Part shown: positions 1 to 12,452 of the stretch, piece by piece
Numbering within the stretch: the stretch's first letter is position 1
How the letters are laid out: each line of letters opens with the position of its first letter
Origin: Eledone cirrhosa
Taxonomy: Eukaryota
Reading direction: 5' to 3'
DNA: 64,000 bases
Assembly: GCA_964016885.1 (NCBI GenBank)
Contig: OZ024746.1
Location: 496,001-560,000 of the forward strand
The notes under the pieces: generated by a model
The model's input: the letters and a program-made list of their open reading frames with translations, nothing else
What the model was told of the DNA's origin: nothing
Database searches by the model: none
Made by a program: the position numbers and the translations under genes

Positions 1-30
1 AATTTTATCAGTTACTTCCGTCTTGTGGAT

Positions 31-410
31 ACGCACACACATACACACACACACATACACACACACACACATACACACACACACATACACACACACATAT
101 ACACACACATACACATGCATATACACACTCACATACATACACACATACACACACATATACACATACACACATACATACACACACACATATACACACACAT
201 ATACACACACACATACACACATACACACATACACACACATACACACACACACATACACACAGATATTTACACACATACACACATCCGTTCACACACATAC
301 ACATCCTTTCACACACATACGCACACACACACACAGTCACACATCCTTTCATACACACACACATCCTTTCATACATACATACATCCTTCTATATCCACAC
401 ACACACACAT
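31..410. repeat. (CA)n/(CATA)n compound microsatellite
   Basis: Direct CA/TA dinucleotide repeats; source of the HT/VC-repeat ORFs. Confidence 0.97.
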
Positions 411-540
411 GTCCTCATCTCCACATTGGTTGGTGTTAGTGTCATGATAAACTACACTTGGTACTCTCAGTAAAATGGCTGATGTTAAGGAAACCCTAGC
501 AAAGCTGCAACTTATTTAAATATGTTGTTAGTGTTGGGAA

Positions 541-987
541 ATATCTGGTCTGTAACAAGTTCATCTTGTCTGTAACATGTACATCTGGTCTGTAAAAAGT
601 ACATCTTGTCTGTAACAATTACATCTGATCTGTAACAAGTACATCTGCTCTGTAACAAGTACACCTTGTCTGTAACAATTACATCTGATCTGTAACCAGT
701 TCATCTTGTCTGTAACAATTACATCTGATCTCTAACAAGTACATCTGATCTGTAACAAGTACATCTGATCTGTAACAAGTTCATCTTGTCTGTAACAAGT
801 TAATCTTGTCTGTACAAGTTCATCTGTGCTCTGTAACAAGTTCATCTTGTCTGTAACAATTACATCTGATCTGTAACAATGTAACAAGTAAATCTGGTCT
901 ATAACCAGTACATCTGGTCTATAACCAGTATATCTGGTCTATAACCAGTACATCTGGTCTATAACCAGTACATCTGGTCTATAACAA
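541..987 (+). repeat. 20-bp minisatellite (ACATCTGATCTGTAACAAGT variants), ~22 copies
   Basis: 20-bp period visible; changes to a CATCTGGTCTATAACCAGTA variant after ~890. Confidence 0.92.
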
Positions 988-1039
988 CCATCCAGTTCTT
1001 TGGAAAAGTGAAAATAAAATAATAGTTTCTACTAGAAAA

Positions 1040-1475
1040 TATGTTTGGTGATAGGAAGAACATCCAGTCATAGAAAACTTGTCAGACAAATGGTCAAAGG
1101 ACTCTTCAGCTGGGTAAGACATGACAACATTCCTTGTGTTGGTGTGATAATAAAATACACTCAGTACACTCTGTAAAGTTGTTAGTGATAGGAAGGATAT
1201 CCAGTCATAGAAAACTTACCAAAACAAACAAAGGTTCAAGAGGATTCTTCAGTTTGGTAAAAGATAATCTCGTTATTACTGGTGCCACAATAAAATACAC
1301 CCAGCACACTCTGCAAGAATGTGAGAATATGTGTAAGCAAGATGTGGGCCCCACACCCTTTGCTTCAGCTGGTCTGAGAGGTCCACTAGCTCTCATTAAG
1401 TAATGACTTGGTCTGTGACAACCCAACCAAGACTTGCTAGCAAGGAAAATAGATGTTAAATGATGATGATGATGT
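1040..1475 (+). mobile_element. Degenerate RTE-type 3' tail / SINE tail fragments
   Basis: GGTGATAGGAAGAACATCCAG, GGTGCCAC..CACCCAGCACACTCTG and GCTAGCAAGGAAAATAGATGTTAAA(TGA)n match the LINE 3' UTR at 60820-61090. Confidence 0.75.
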
Positions 1476-2228
1476 TTGTTAGGCCAGTGCTTATCCTAGT
1501 TTCATGACGTGAAGTGTCTGAGAACCCACAACATTATGGGTGTATGTTCACCACCCTTACCATTAAGCCACACACCTCTTCTAAAGAGGATGATGGAAAT
1601 AAATCTATTTTTCAGTGTAATATAAAATGATTTTGTTACTATTCGATTATGAAATATGGAAGTATTTTTTCCTATATAATGAAAGAAAAAAAATTCCTCT
1701 TGATCTATGTTGTAACTAAAAATGGTACTTTGCAATTTAGTATAGGAATTCAAGACTTTTACTTCTTATGATCAGAGAATTATTGATTTTGACTATTCAG
1801 CAGGAAAATATTTGCCTCTGATGTTGAAGAAATTCAAGAAAATAAAAAGAAAAAAAACACAGAAACACACAAATAATGAACTGAATTTTTATTGATTTGT
1901 ATTTTTTTGAGAAGTTGCGCTACAAATAATATATGTCTTTATATATGATTACACGTTCTTACATATGAAAGAACAAATTTAATGTAGAAACGATGTGTTG
2001 TTTAAAGTGTGTATTTCTTACCAGACACTAGGATTTCTAAGGTATAACTATAGAGAGATGATACGATTAATGAGACTCAATAAAAACTATGATGAAATAA
2101 ACTATTGTCTTTCAGTTTTTCTTTTTGTAAAGATATATTTTAACTGTAATTTATCAGTAATCAGATTGAAATATTACTTCATGTCTATAATTTTCAAATC
2201 ATTTGTGAAAATAAGTAAGGAAAGGATC

Positions 2229-2485
2229 TGATACTATGGACATGTGGTTAGAATGTCTCGGGGAAAGAATCACTGGACAGATTTATGGGCAAAACCAACT
2301 GGCAGGAGACCCAGGGGTGGACTCCAAGCAAGATGGTTGGATAACATGCATGACCTTGGCAGGTTTCGCTTAGGGATCCAGCCGGATAAATTGGAGACAG
2401 TTGCTTCTGACAGGACCTGCTAGAAGGAGTGTTTGAGGACTCTTCCCTCATGACCCTCCCAAGAATAAGTGGGGGAAGAAGGAAA
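2229..2485 (+). mobile_element. RTE-clade LINE 3' fragment (local family B)
   Basis: Degenerate YGHVVRM..KPTGRRPRG..RWLDN translation; paralogs at 47630-47890 and 63450-63710. Confidence 0.8.
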
Positions 2486-2866
2486 CTATGTTTCCAATGG
2501 TCTTTCCATTGCTGATACTATCTTCCAGTCATAATTCCAGGTAGAAGGACATGAGATTTGAACTCAGAACACACACAACCAAATCAAATACCACAAAACA
2601 TTCTGTCTGACTCATTAACAACTCCCCCAGTTTACCTCCCAGAGAGTAGTAATTTATCAACCCCCAGAAGGATGAAGGGTAAAGTTTACCTCAGTAGAAT
2701 TAAAGCAGAGTGAACCAATACTGCAGCATTTTATAGAACATATTAGAATTTAGAGATCCATTATTAAAATTGTGTAGTGGGAGTAGAGCATCAGATAAAA
2801 TACCACATGGCATTTTATTATCATCCTTTATGTTCATCATCATTATCCTCATTATCATCGTTTTTA

Positions 2867-5241
2867 CCTCAGATTCCTCTTAAACCCATCTCCCTCAGCT
2901 CATCCAAGCTCTGCCTTTCTCTCACATTTACATTGCACATCTAACAAAACGTGGCTGCTTCATTTCTCTCCAGTCTACACATGTCCTCCACAGTTACAGC
3001 CCATGTCTCACTACCATGTAGCACCACATGTCCTCCACAGTTACAGCCCATGTTTCACTACCATGTAGCACCACATGTCCTCTGCAGTTACAGTCCATGT
3101 TTCACTACCATGTAGCACCACATGTCCTCCGCAGTTACAGCCCATGTTTCACTACTATGTAGCACCACATGTCTTCTGCAGTTACAGTCCATGTCTCACT
3201 ACCATGTAGCATCACATGTCTTCTGCAGTTACAGTCCATGTCTCACTACCATGTAGCACCACATGTTTTCTGCAGTTACATCCCACGTTTCACTACCATG
3301 TGGCACTACATGTCCTCCTCAGATACAGCCCATGTTTCACTACCATGTAGCACCACATATCCTCCACAGTTACAGCCCATTCTCACTACCATGTAGCATC
3401 ACATGTCCTCTATAGTCACAGTCCATGTCTCACTACCATGTAGCATCACATGACTTCTGCAGTCACAGCCCATGTTTCACTACCATGTAGCACCACATGT
3501 CTTCTGCAGTTACAGTCCATGTTTCACTAACATGTAGCACCACATGTCTTCTGCAGTTACAGTCCATGTTTCACTAACATGTAGCACCACATGTCTTCTG
3601 CAGTTACAGTCAATGTCTCACTATCATGTAGCACCACATGTCTTCAGCAGTCACAGCCCATGTTTCACTACCATGTAGCACCACATGTCTTCTGCAGTTA
3701 CAGTCCATGTTTCACTAACATGTAGCACCACATGTCTTCTGCAGTTACAGTCCATGTCTCACTTCCATGTAGCACCACATGGCCTCCTCGGTTACATCCC
3801 ATTATTCTCTACAATGCAGCACCACATGTCCTCCACAGTTACATCCCATGTTTCACTACCATTTAGCACCACATGTCCTCCACAGTTACAGCCCATGTCT
3901 CATTACCATGTAGCACAACATGTCCTCTGTAGTCACAGCCCATGTTTCACTACCATGTAGCACCACATGTCTTCTGTAGTCACAGCCCATGTTTCACTAC
4001 CATGTAGCACATGTCTTCTGCAGTTACAGCTCATGTTTCACTACAATGCAGCACCACATGTCCTCCACAATTACAGCCCATGTTTCACTACCATGTAGCA
4101 CCACATGTCTTCTGCAGTTACAGCCCATGTCTCACTACCATGTAGCATCACATGTCTTCTGCAGTTACAGTCCATGTCTCACTACCATGTAGCACCACAT
4201 GTTTTCTGCAGTTACATCCCACGTTTCACTACCATGTGGCACTACATGTCCTCCTCAGATACAGCCCATGTTTCACTACCATGTAGCACCACATATCCTC
4301 CACAGTTACAGCCCATTCTCACTACCATGTAGCATCACATGTCCTCTATAGTCACAGTCCATGTCTCACTACCATGTAGCATCACATGACTTCTGCAGTC
4401 ACAGCCCATGTTTCACTACCATGTAGCACCACATGTCTTCTGCAGTTACAGTCCATGTTTCACTAACATGTAGCACCACATGTCTTCTGCAGTTACAGTC
4501 CATGTTTCACTAACATGTAGCACCACATGTCTTCTGCAGTTACAGTCAATGTCTCACTATCATGTAGCACCACATGTCTTCAGCAGTCACAGCCCATGTT
4601 TCACTACCATGTAGCACCACATGTCTTCTGCAGTTACAGTCCATGTTTCACTAACATGTAGCACCACATGTCTTCTGCAGTTACAGTCCATGTCTCACTT
4701 CCATGTAGCACCACATGGCCTCCTCGGTTACATCCCATTATTCTCTACAATGCAGCACCACATGTCCTCCACAGTTACATCCCATGTTTCACTACCATTT
4801 AGCACCACATGTCCTCCACAGTTACAGCCCATGTCTCATTACCATGTAGCACAACATGTCCTCTGTAGTCACAGCCCATGTTTCACTACCATGTAGCACC
4901 ACATGTCTTCTGTAGTCACAGCCCATGTTTCACTACCATGTAGCACATGTCTTCTGCAGTTACAGCTCATGTTTCACTACAATGCAGCACCACATGTCCT
5001 CCACAATTACAGCCCATGTTTCACTACCATGTAGCACCACATGTCTTCTGCAGTTACAGCCCATGTCTCACTACCATGTAGCACCACATGTCCTCCACAG
5101 CCACAGCCCATGTCTCACTACCATGTAGCACCACATGTCTCCACAGTCACAGCCCATGTTTCACTACCATGTAGCACCACATGTCTTCTGCAGTTACAGC
5201 CCATGTTTCACTACAATGCAGCATTGCACTTTGCCCACAGG
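2867..5241 (-). mobile_element. RTE LINE fragment interrupted by an internally derived 47-bp minisatellite
   Basis: Minus strand reads SAMLH.SETWAVTAEDM then RLERNEA..MCNVNVRERQSLDELRE; the two flanks join into contiguous RTE sequence like 62240-62410. Confidence 0.9.
2975..5220 (+). repeat. 47-bp minisatellite (CCATGTTTCACTACCATGTAGCACCACATGTCTTCTGCAGTTACAGC), ~47 copies, with a 936-bp higher-order duplication
   Basis: CCATGT at 3001 and 3048; identical ORFs at 3169/4105 and 3685/4621 are offset by 936. Confidence 0.96.
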
Positions 5242-5555
5242 TGTAATACAATTGTCCTTAATAGTAATGATGTTTGTGATGATGATGATAATAGAGATGA
5301 TGATGATGACGATGATGGTGATGATTATATGAAATAGTTTTGTATCAGAGTATCAAAGAGTACTATACAGTAGTTTGGCATCAAAGATAAGAAATAAATA
5401 CTTAGGAAAGATAAAATAAACAAACCAATAAATAAATCCTGTCAAAAGAAGTATAGACAGTGTTGTAAAGTATTGAGATGTGATCACAGGGTGTCTACAA
5501 TGTTTGTTAAATCTAATGTAAAAGGTGAAACACTTATATACTGAAGGTGATATCT

Positions 5556-6303
5556 TTTACCAGAACATCTCTGTCAAGCTATACACCAGGAAATGGTTAT
5601 TTACCAGAACTGTCTCTCTGTCAAGCTATACACCAGGAAATGGTTATTTACCAGAACATCTCTGTCAAGCTATACACCAAGAAATCGTTATTTACCAGAA
5701 TTGTCTCTCTGTCAAGCTATACACCAGGAAATGGTTATTTACCAGAACATCTCTGTCAAGCTATACACCAGGAAATGGTTATTTACCAGAACTGTCTCTC
5801 TGTCAAGCTATACACCAGGAAATGGTTATTTACCAGAACTGTCTCTCTGTCAAGCTATACACCAGGAAATGGTTATTTACCAGAACATCTCTGTCAAGCT
5901 ATACACCAGGAAATGGTTATTTACCAGAACTGTCTCTCTGTCAAGCTATACACCAGGAAATGGTTATTTACCAGAACTGTCTCTCTGTCAAGCTATACAC
6001 CAGGAAATGGTTATTTACCAGAACATCTCTGTCAAGCTATACACCAGGAAATGGTTATTTACCAGAACTGTCTCTCTGTCAAGCTATACACCAGGAAATG
6101 GTTATTTACCAGAACATCTCTGTCAAGCTATACACCAAGAAATCGTTATTTACCAGAATTGTCTCTCTGTCAAGCTATACACCAGGAAATGGTTATTTAC
6201 CAGAACATCTCTGTCAAGCTATACACCAGGAAATGGTTATTTACCAGAACTGTCTCTCTGTCAAGCTATATACCAAGAATTGGTTATTTACCAGAACTGT
6301 CTC
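5556..6303 (+). repeat. 44/47-bp minisatellite (TTACCAGAAC[ATC/TGTCTC]TCTGTCAAGCTATACACCAGGAAATGGTTAT), ~16 copies
   Basis: TTAC landmarks at 5557, 5601 and 5648. Confidence 0.95.
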
Positions 6304-6307
6304 TCGC

Positions 6308-6602
6308 GAATGACCATGGGGTTTGGATGGAGAAAGTTCCCCTCTGAGGCACAAGGTTTGTTTGTGGAAGACCATCAGTCAGCCATACATACCAGTCTCC
6401 CCTCTCCATGCCACCAATGTTGTCCAAGAGAAAGGCAATGGCTGATACAGCTTGGCACCAGTGACCGCAACACATTCCTACAGTTGAGTGAACTGGAGCA
6501 ACAAGAAATAAAGTATCTTGCTCAAGGACACAACACAAAGCCCGGTCTAGGAATCGAACTCACAACTTCATGATTGTAAAGCCAATGCCCTAACTACTAA
6601 GC
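6308..6602 (-). mobile_element. tRNA-derived SINE with CORE-like domain
   Basis: Minus strand: A-box-like GCTTAGTAG, B-box GTTCGATTCC, then TGTGTCCTTGAGCAAGATACTT..GCTCCAGTTCACTCA CORE-like segment. Confidence 0.85.
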
Positions 6603-6830
6603 TTATGGTTATTTACTCTCTAAAGAATTATTTTAACCATTCCAGCATCAACAATTCCTGGACTATATCTTCAACTTAACATCCATTTAGCTTCTTTCTT
6701 TTCTTTTTTTTTCTTTTCTTCTCTCCTCTCACTCTCCTCTCCCTTTCTCTCTTCTCTCCTCTTACTCACCTCTCACTCTCCTCTCCCTTTCTCTCCCTCT
6801 CCTCTATCTATTCTTATATCCTACTTCAGA

Positions 6831-7071
6831 AATAATAATAATAATAATAATGAAATTATTGTGTAAGGTGCTCAGGTGCACTACAACTCGTCAAAGGTGT
6901 ATGTATAGTACATGTGTGTATGTGTTAGCTGTAGTGTTGGCGGATCTCGGGAAGCATGGAGGCCTTAAAGGATGCAGTGTCTCGACAGCTAACAACTGAT
7001 GCAGGTAGTTTGTTCCATGCTTCAGCAACTCTGAGCGTGAAAAAATGTTTCCGAAAGTCATGGGAACTGTG
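6831..7071 (-). mobile_element. CR1/L2-clade LINE 3' end with (ATT)n tail
   Basis: Minus translation HDFRKHFFTLRVAEAWNKLPASVVSCRDTASFK, the typical CR1 C-terminal FF..RV...WN.LP....FK motif, followed by an ATT-repeat tail. Confidence 0.85.
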
Positions 7072-7366
7072 ATGAAAGTAATCTTCCCTTTAAATGGTTT
7101 CCACTGGAAATAGAAATATAGAGCAATGGAAGAATACCTTCTGTTATAGTTGTCTTTCATATAAGAATGACGTCATTACAGGTAAATTCTCACCTGGATA
7201 TCTAATGATCTTGAAGTCTTCTCAATCTAAATATAACACTGAATATGATTAATGAGTATATTCTGTTTATACAACACTACAGAAGCTCAAGGTTACAGAA
7301 CTATACCATTTCCAAATTGAATATAAATATCTATTGGTGCTTTGCAGATTATAGAAATACATTTAA

Positions 7367-7575
7367 CCCTTTAACATTACATTACTCTATATCTACCAGT
7401 GTATTTTCACAGTAAAGGCTTTAACTCACATAATTATCTCACATAATATTGAATCTCTGAGATTTTGATATTGTTTATTTTGAGAATAATACCATAACAT
7501 CAGTATGAGTGGCTAGTTATGGCCAGTTTGAACAGAAAGAGGTGAGAGAATACAGCTGGTTTAAATGTTAAAGGG
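7367..7575. mobile_element. piggyBac-like MITE
   Basis: 12-bp TIRs CCCTTTAACATT (7367-7378) / AATGTTAAAGGG (7564-7575), flanked by TTAA and TTGA. Confidence 0.7.
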
Positions 7576-7611
7576 TTGATGGTTTCTGGCACAACGCCAG
7601 CAATTTCTTGT

Positions 7612-7812
7612 TTTTGTGTTGTGTACTTGAGAAAAACACTTCATTTGACGTTGCTCCAGTATACACATCTGTAACTGAATACCAGCAATAGCTGGGGGTT
7701 TAACCCTGCGACGGACTGGTGTCCTGTCCAGGGGAAGTGTTGTACTCTCAGATGGTTTATGCTGAGATAAGCTCCGGCCTGATGAGACTCCATGCTTGAG
7801 ACAGATATTAGA
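7612..7812 (+). mobile_element. CORE-type SINE, 5'-truncated
   Basis: Matches the bodies of 11088-11355 and 45085-45324 (CCCTGCGATGGACTGG..TGTCCAGGGG). Confidence 0.8.
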
Positions 7813-8439
7813 CTTATGTTTTAAAACAACAACCAGTTTACAGAGTGTACTAGGTGTATTTTATCATGGCACCAGCACTAATGAAGTTGTCACGTCCTTT
7901 ATACAACTGATGTCTCCTCTCAACAATCTATCACATATTTTGAATTGAGTTTTGTAGTCCCAGTATATATGTCACATGTTGGTTTCTCATATATTTCCAA
8001 GTGAAAAGATGTGACATATACACAAGAATAGACAATAATCCAGTGTTTACAGGTGTTGAAATGTTGAAATGTGTCCACTGTTCACTGTCAGCCATTTATA
8101 AAACAAACAAAAAAAACTTGAAAAGTAGGTTTAATTAAAGTTTATGTAAGAGATTTGTGCTTCTCTTATCTGTCAAATATTAATCTAGACCTAAGTGAGA
8201 TGAAATGTTTATATAACATCAACAACAGGGAGCCTTAATGCCCCAGCTTGAGAGAAGAGCTAATCACCATGGAACTGGTCATTGTTTATAGATTCTATTT
8301 GACTTTTATTGATTTCATTCACTAATTCTTAAACTGATCAACTTCTTGAAATGATTTTAGAGGCAAAACAGGTGGTTTTAGAGGCAAGAAATTTTGGATT
8401 CGATTTCGAATCTCTGCCAGGTAAAACATTGAAGAATTC

Positions 8440-8523
8440 TGTTACATACTAACTAAAATTGTAATATCTGATGGTTATACTAACTAAAGTTGTAATATCT
8501 GGTGGTTATACTAACTAAAGTTA
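8440..8523 (+). repeat. AT-rich minisatellite (TAACTAAAGTT.TAATATCT), left part, split by a Helitron
   Basis: The same motif resumes at 10927. Confidence 0.75.
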
Positions 8524-9337
8524 TCTACTTATATATATAACCAGCAATTTCTCTGTCTGTCTGTCCGACAGTGGAAACACGTGCGTAGAGAGAAAGTGAG
8601 AGTGAAAGAAAGAGACAGACTACGAGAGGGGGATAGCGGGAGGGAGAGAGAGAGAGAGTGAATAGACGCTAAAACACGTGCTTCAGAAACATTACCTTCC
8701 CCTCTCCACTGACTTTGGTCACTGAGGCCGAGGGAATCGCGCTGAGCGCGTCATAATGACGTAATGCAGACAGCCAGACATACAGACAGATATTATAAGG
8801 GCGCAACGTTATATCTATGTATCTATCTAAAAAGAAAGACTAAGAATTATATAGAGAGAACACTAAATCGCCTAATGCGGTCCCTAGGGCATTGAAAATT
8901 TGAAATAATTTTTGTTCAAAACACTCACAGGACCATAAGTATTACATGTCTAAAGTTTGAAAACAATCGGTTGGATGGTTCTCAAGTTTTAGTGAGCTGA
9001 CAGACAGGCATTCTCTGTTTTAGATATATAGACTAGCAGAAAACCGCCTTTCGGGTGGTTTTCTGCTAGTCTACATATATAAAACTGATGTTGTCTGTGT
9101 GTGTGTCCTCATTTTTGCAAAGTCTATACAAATCCACATTTCTACTCCGATTGACTTCAAACTTGCATCTATACATTCCTTGCGGTCTAAAGATACTAAC
9201 TGCCGGTTTTATTTTTCAATTTCCTGTTAGGCGCCAGTTATCGATCGCCATCGAGCCCTTATAATATCTGTCTGTATGTCTGGCTGTCTGCATAACGACA
9301 TTCTGACGAACACGTCATTGCTGACGTATTATCTTCG

Positions 9338-9376
<39 letters not shown>

Positions 9377-9433
9377 CTTATATATACATGAATATATATA
9401 TACACATATATACATATACACACACATATACAC

Positions 9434-9470
<37 letters not shown>

Positions 9471-9579
9471 CAAACATATACATATATATAGATATACACA
9501 TATACACATATATAAATATACACATAAAAATATATGTATATATACACACACACAAACATATATATATATACATAAATAG

Positions 9580-9618
<39 letters not shown>

Positions 9619-9623
9619 TACAT

Positions 9624-9714
<91 letters not shown>

Positions 9715-10926
9715 TACATTGTAGGTCGCTTTAACCCGTCTTTTATTATTCAAAATACTTCTTGCCAATAAACATGAACCCTTTGAGCGCCATTCATCTA
9801 ACTGTAGACCAACAAATACCAAGTAAACGGAGCGTTGACAAGAACGATGGCAAATGAATCTTCGAGGTAAGCAGTTTGCTCCCGAGCTGTTAGTTCACGC
9901 GGGATTCTCTGCTACACCTTTTCATAATAATACCGAACAACGTACTGCTGGTCACTCCTTCCTCAAAAAGCTGTACAAAGCATCTCTCTCTCTCTCTCTC
10001 TCTCTCCCTATATATATATATATATATTTGTTATAAGAACAAATTAAAGTTTAAGCAAAGAATCGCTGCTTTCAACATTAACGGGATCTTCTGAAATTAA
10101 AAAATTCTATCTGTGGATGCAGAAGTAAATATTTCGAGAAACGTTGCAACCAAAGGAAAACAGGAAGATAATACGTTGTTATGTGGACCGAGAAGAACAA
10201 TTTCATACAAAGACAAAACCAAGTTTATGGTATAAATGGAGTCGTTAGACTAATATTCTATTTAAAATAACCGAATGATTTCCAGCCCCGGAGTTTAAGA
10301 ATGATGTAAATAAAATTGAAAACAAAAATGACAGAGGTTATTAAAATAGTAAAAGTAAATAGTGAAGATTTAGGCCAGTACATACGTATGCGCCGACGGA
10401 TATACACATACATATACATACGCACACACAAATATATACAAACACACACACACAGAGACTCACACACACGTGCGCACGCACGTGCGTGTGTGTGTAAGCC
10501 TTATGCATTTCTACAGTATTTTCACCAAACTTAAGACATAGGTTACTTATGTACTCCGGATGGTCATGGGCACTTTCATTTTTCTAGATATTGATTATAG
10601 GGCCTCCCGGCAGATAACCCCTTTTAACCACTTCCTTGGAGTCGACTGAAGCACTGCAGTGCAATGCAACAAAACGTCATAACTTCTGGAGTTCGCAACC
10701 GATTTTCACAAAACTTGACACATGGGCTATGTTTGTCCTACAGATGAATGTGAACTCTCAGAATTGGCATATATTGAGTAGGGGACTCCTGGGGGCAGGA
10801 ACCCCCTTTGGGGAAAAGCTGATGATTTTGTAAAAGTATAGTTTTCGAAGTAGCACTGAAGTATTGACATAAATGGTATACATAACTGCTATTTAATACC
10901 CGAGCAACGCCGGGTAACTCTGCTAG
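8524..10926 (+). mobile_element. Composite non-autonomous Helitron (nested/concatenated units)
   Basis: A|TCTACTTATATATATAA 5' end; 3' hairpin TACCCG..CGGGTA (10897-10916) then CTAG|T; removal restores the flanking repeat with no TSD; segment 9070-9963 is homologous to the Helitron at 45326-47153. Confidence 0.88.
9339..9711. repeat. (CA)n/(TA)n microsatellite inside the Helitron
   Basis: Direct; a similar tract lies at the equivalent position of the 45326-47153 copy. Confidence 0.95.
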
Positions 10927-11085
10927 TTATAACTAAAGTTATTATAACTAAAGTTATAATATCTAAACTTATAATATCTAAGGTTATAATATCTAAAGTT
11001 ATAATATCTAAGGTTATAATATTTGATGGTTATAATATGTTAGTCATACTAACTAAGGGTTATTGTAACTAAAGTTATTATAACT
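10927..11085 (+). repeat. AT-rich minisatellite (TTATAATATCTAAAG), right part
   Basis: Short-period repeat continuing 8440-8523. Confidence 0.8.
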
Positions 11086-11087
11086 AA

Positions 11088-11355
11088 TATGCGTGGTCTA
11101 GTGGTAAGGACTTACAATTTTAATTTCCTGGGTTAAATTTCTGGGTTTTGTGTTGTGTTCTTAAGCAAAACACTTCATTTCATGTTGCCCCAGTATACTC
11201 AGCTGAAAATGAGTACCAGCAATAGCTGGGGGTTTAACCCTGCAATGGACTGGCATCCTGTCCAGGGGAAGTCTTGTACTCTCAGTCACTTAATACCACA
11301 GAAACCGGGATAAGCACTGGCCTGATGAGCCTCTGGGCTTGAGACAGACTTTAGA
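11088..11355 (+). mobile_element. tRNA-derived CORE-type SINE
   Basis: A-box TGGTCTAGTGG, CORE-like TTGTGTTCTTAAGCAAAACACTTCA..CTCAGCTGAAAATGAGTACC, tail GACAGACTTTA. Confidence 0.85.
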
Positions 11356-12263
11356 TGTAAGCCATGTAATTCCACAGATCTGATAGTTTACCAAAGAGCT
11401 GAACATTCCCATATTTCTAATGAAAGACTGCCAATGATTTTCAAATAATTTTGAAAATATTCTAGACTTTGGAGGGATTTAGTAGTATAACTAACTTTCT
11501 CATTATTTATCTAGTGTTTGGAACATAACTTAATAAAGGTTCTTACATAAACATATGATGGAAAATCTTTAGATAAATATATATGTGTATTAGGTTTAGA
11601 ATAGGGAGATGGAGTAGAAGGATGGCTTTAGCTGCTTTAGAAGAGCAGGGTTAGCGAGGAAGGTTAGCCGGCTGTAAAATATTGCCTCAAAAACTCCCAT
11701 CAAACCCATGCCAACACAGAAAAGTCAGCATAAAAACGATGATGATTATAAAAACACTTTAAAATAAATAGTTTTGTATCATAAAACCAGAGGCAGTTTG
11801 AGCTGGTTTCATATTAAAAGGGTTAAATTTGAATATTTTAATAGAGTTTCAGGTGAGAAGAAGAAGTTTTTCTCTGTGTTTACTGTGTTTGTATCTGATG
11901 TGAATAAAGTAATTTCTCCATTGTTGTTGTTGCTGTTATATTTCACTAATGGAAGACATGTCCTGGAGTGTTTTCTGGTTGAAATTGGGAAAAAATAATT
12001 GTTTCTGAAGCTAAATAAATACTGGTAGTTGTGAAAATCAAATCATCTTATTCAGTATTTGTCAAGTAAATATGCCTGTATTTATTGCAAATGGCTGCTT
12101 GCCATCTTTCAAAGTATACCATAATGCACCTGAGATAGGAACTGACAATATTTTACAGAAATAGTGCAGTATATTCTTGATGTTATTTAGTTTTCTGTGA
12201 TTGACCTTTTTATATGAGTGAAACAGTTCTAGTCCTGTAGGAATCATGTCAATATTAAATAAT

Positions 12264-12452
12264 TGTTTCTACTTTTTGGCACAAGGCCAGCAATTATCTC
12301 AGTGTATTACTGGTACTTTATTTTATCGACCCCGTAAAGATGAAAGGCAAAGTTAACCTCAGCTGGATTTGAACTCAGTCCATAAAGGGACGTAACTGTG
12401 CTGCAAAGCATGGCGTCCGACCCTCTACCGATACTGCCAATCCACCACCCCT
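12264..12452 (-). mobile_element. Short SINE (GCCTTTCATCC..GGGGTCGATAAAATAAAGTACCAG family) with 18-bp TSD
   Basis: TSD ATGTCAATATTAAATAAT (12246-12263) / ATGTCTATATTAAATAAT (12453-12470); paralogs at 42577, 48136 and 57678. Confidence 0.92.

Noticed and set aside
8-447. HT/VC-repeat ORFs (also the YI-repeat ORFs at 9259-9822, 14511-15357, 40485-40832, 41736-42469 and 46116-46545)
   Set aside because: Translations of CA/TA/TG microsatellites with no coding signal
3169-5337. Repeated MSSAVTVHVSLPCS ORFs
   Set aside because: Antisense translations of the RTE-derived 47-bp minisatellite
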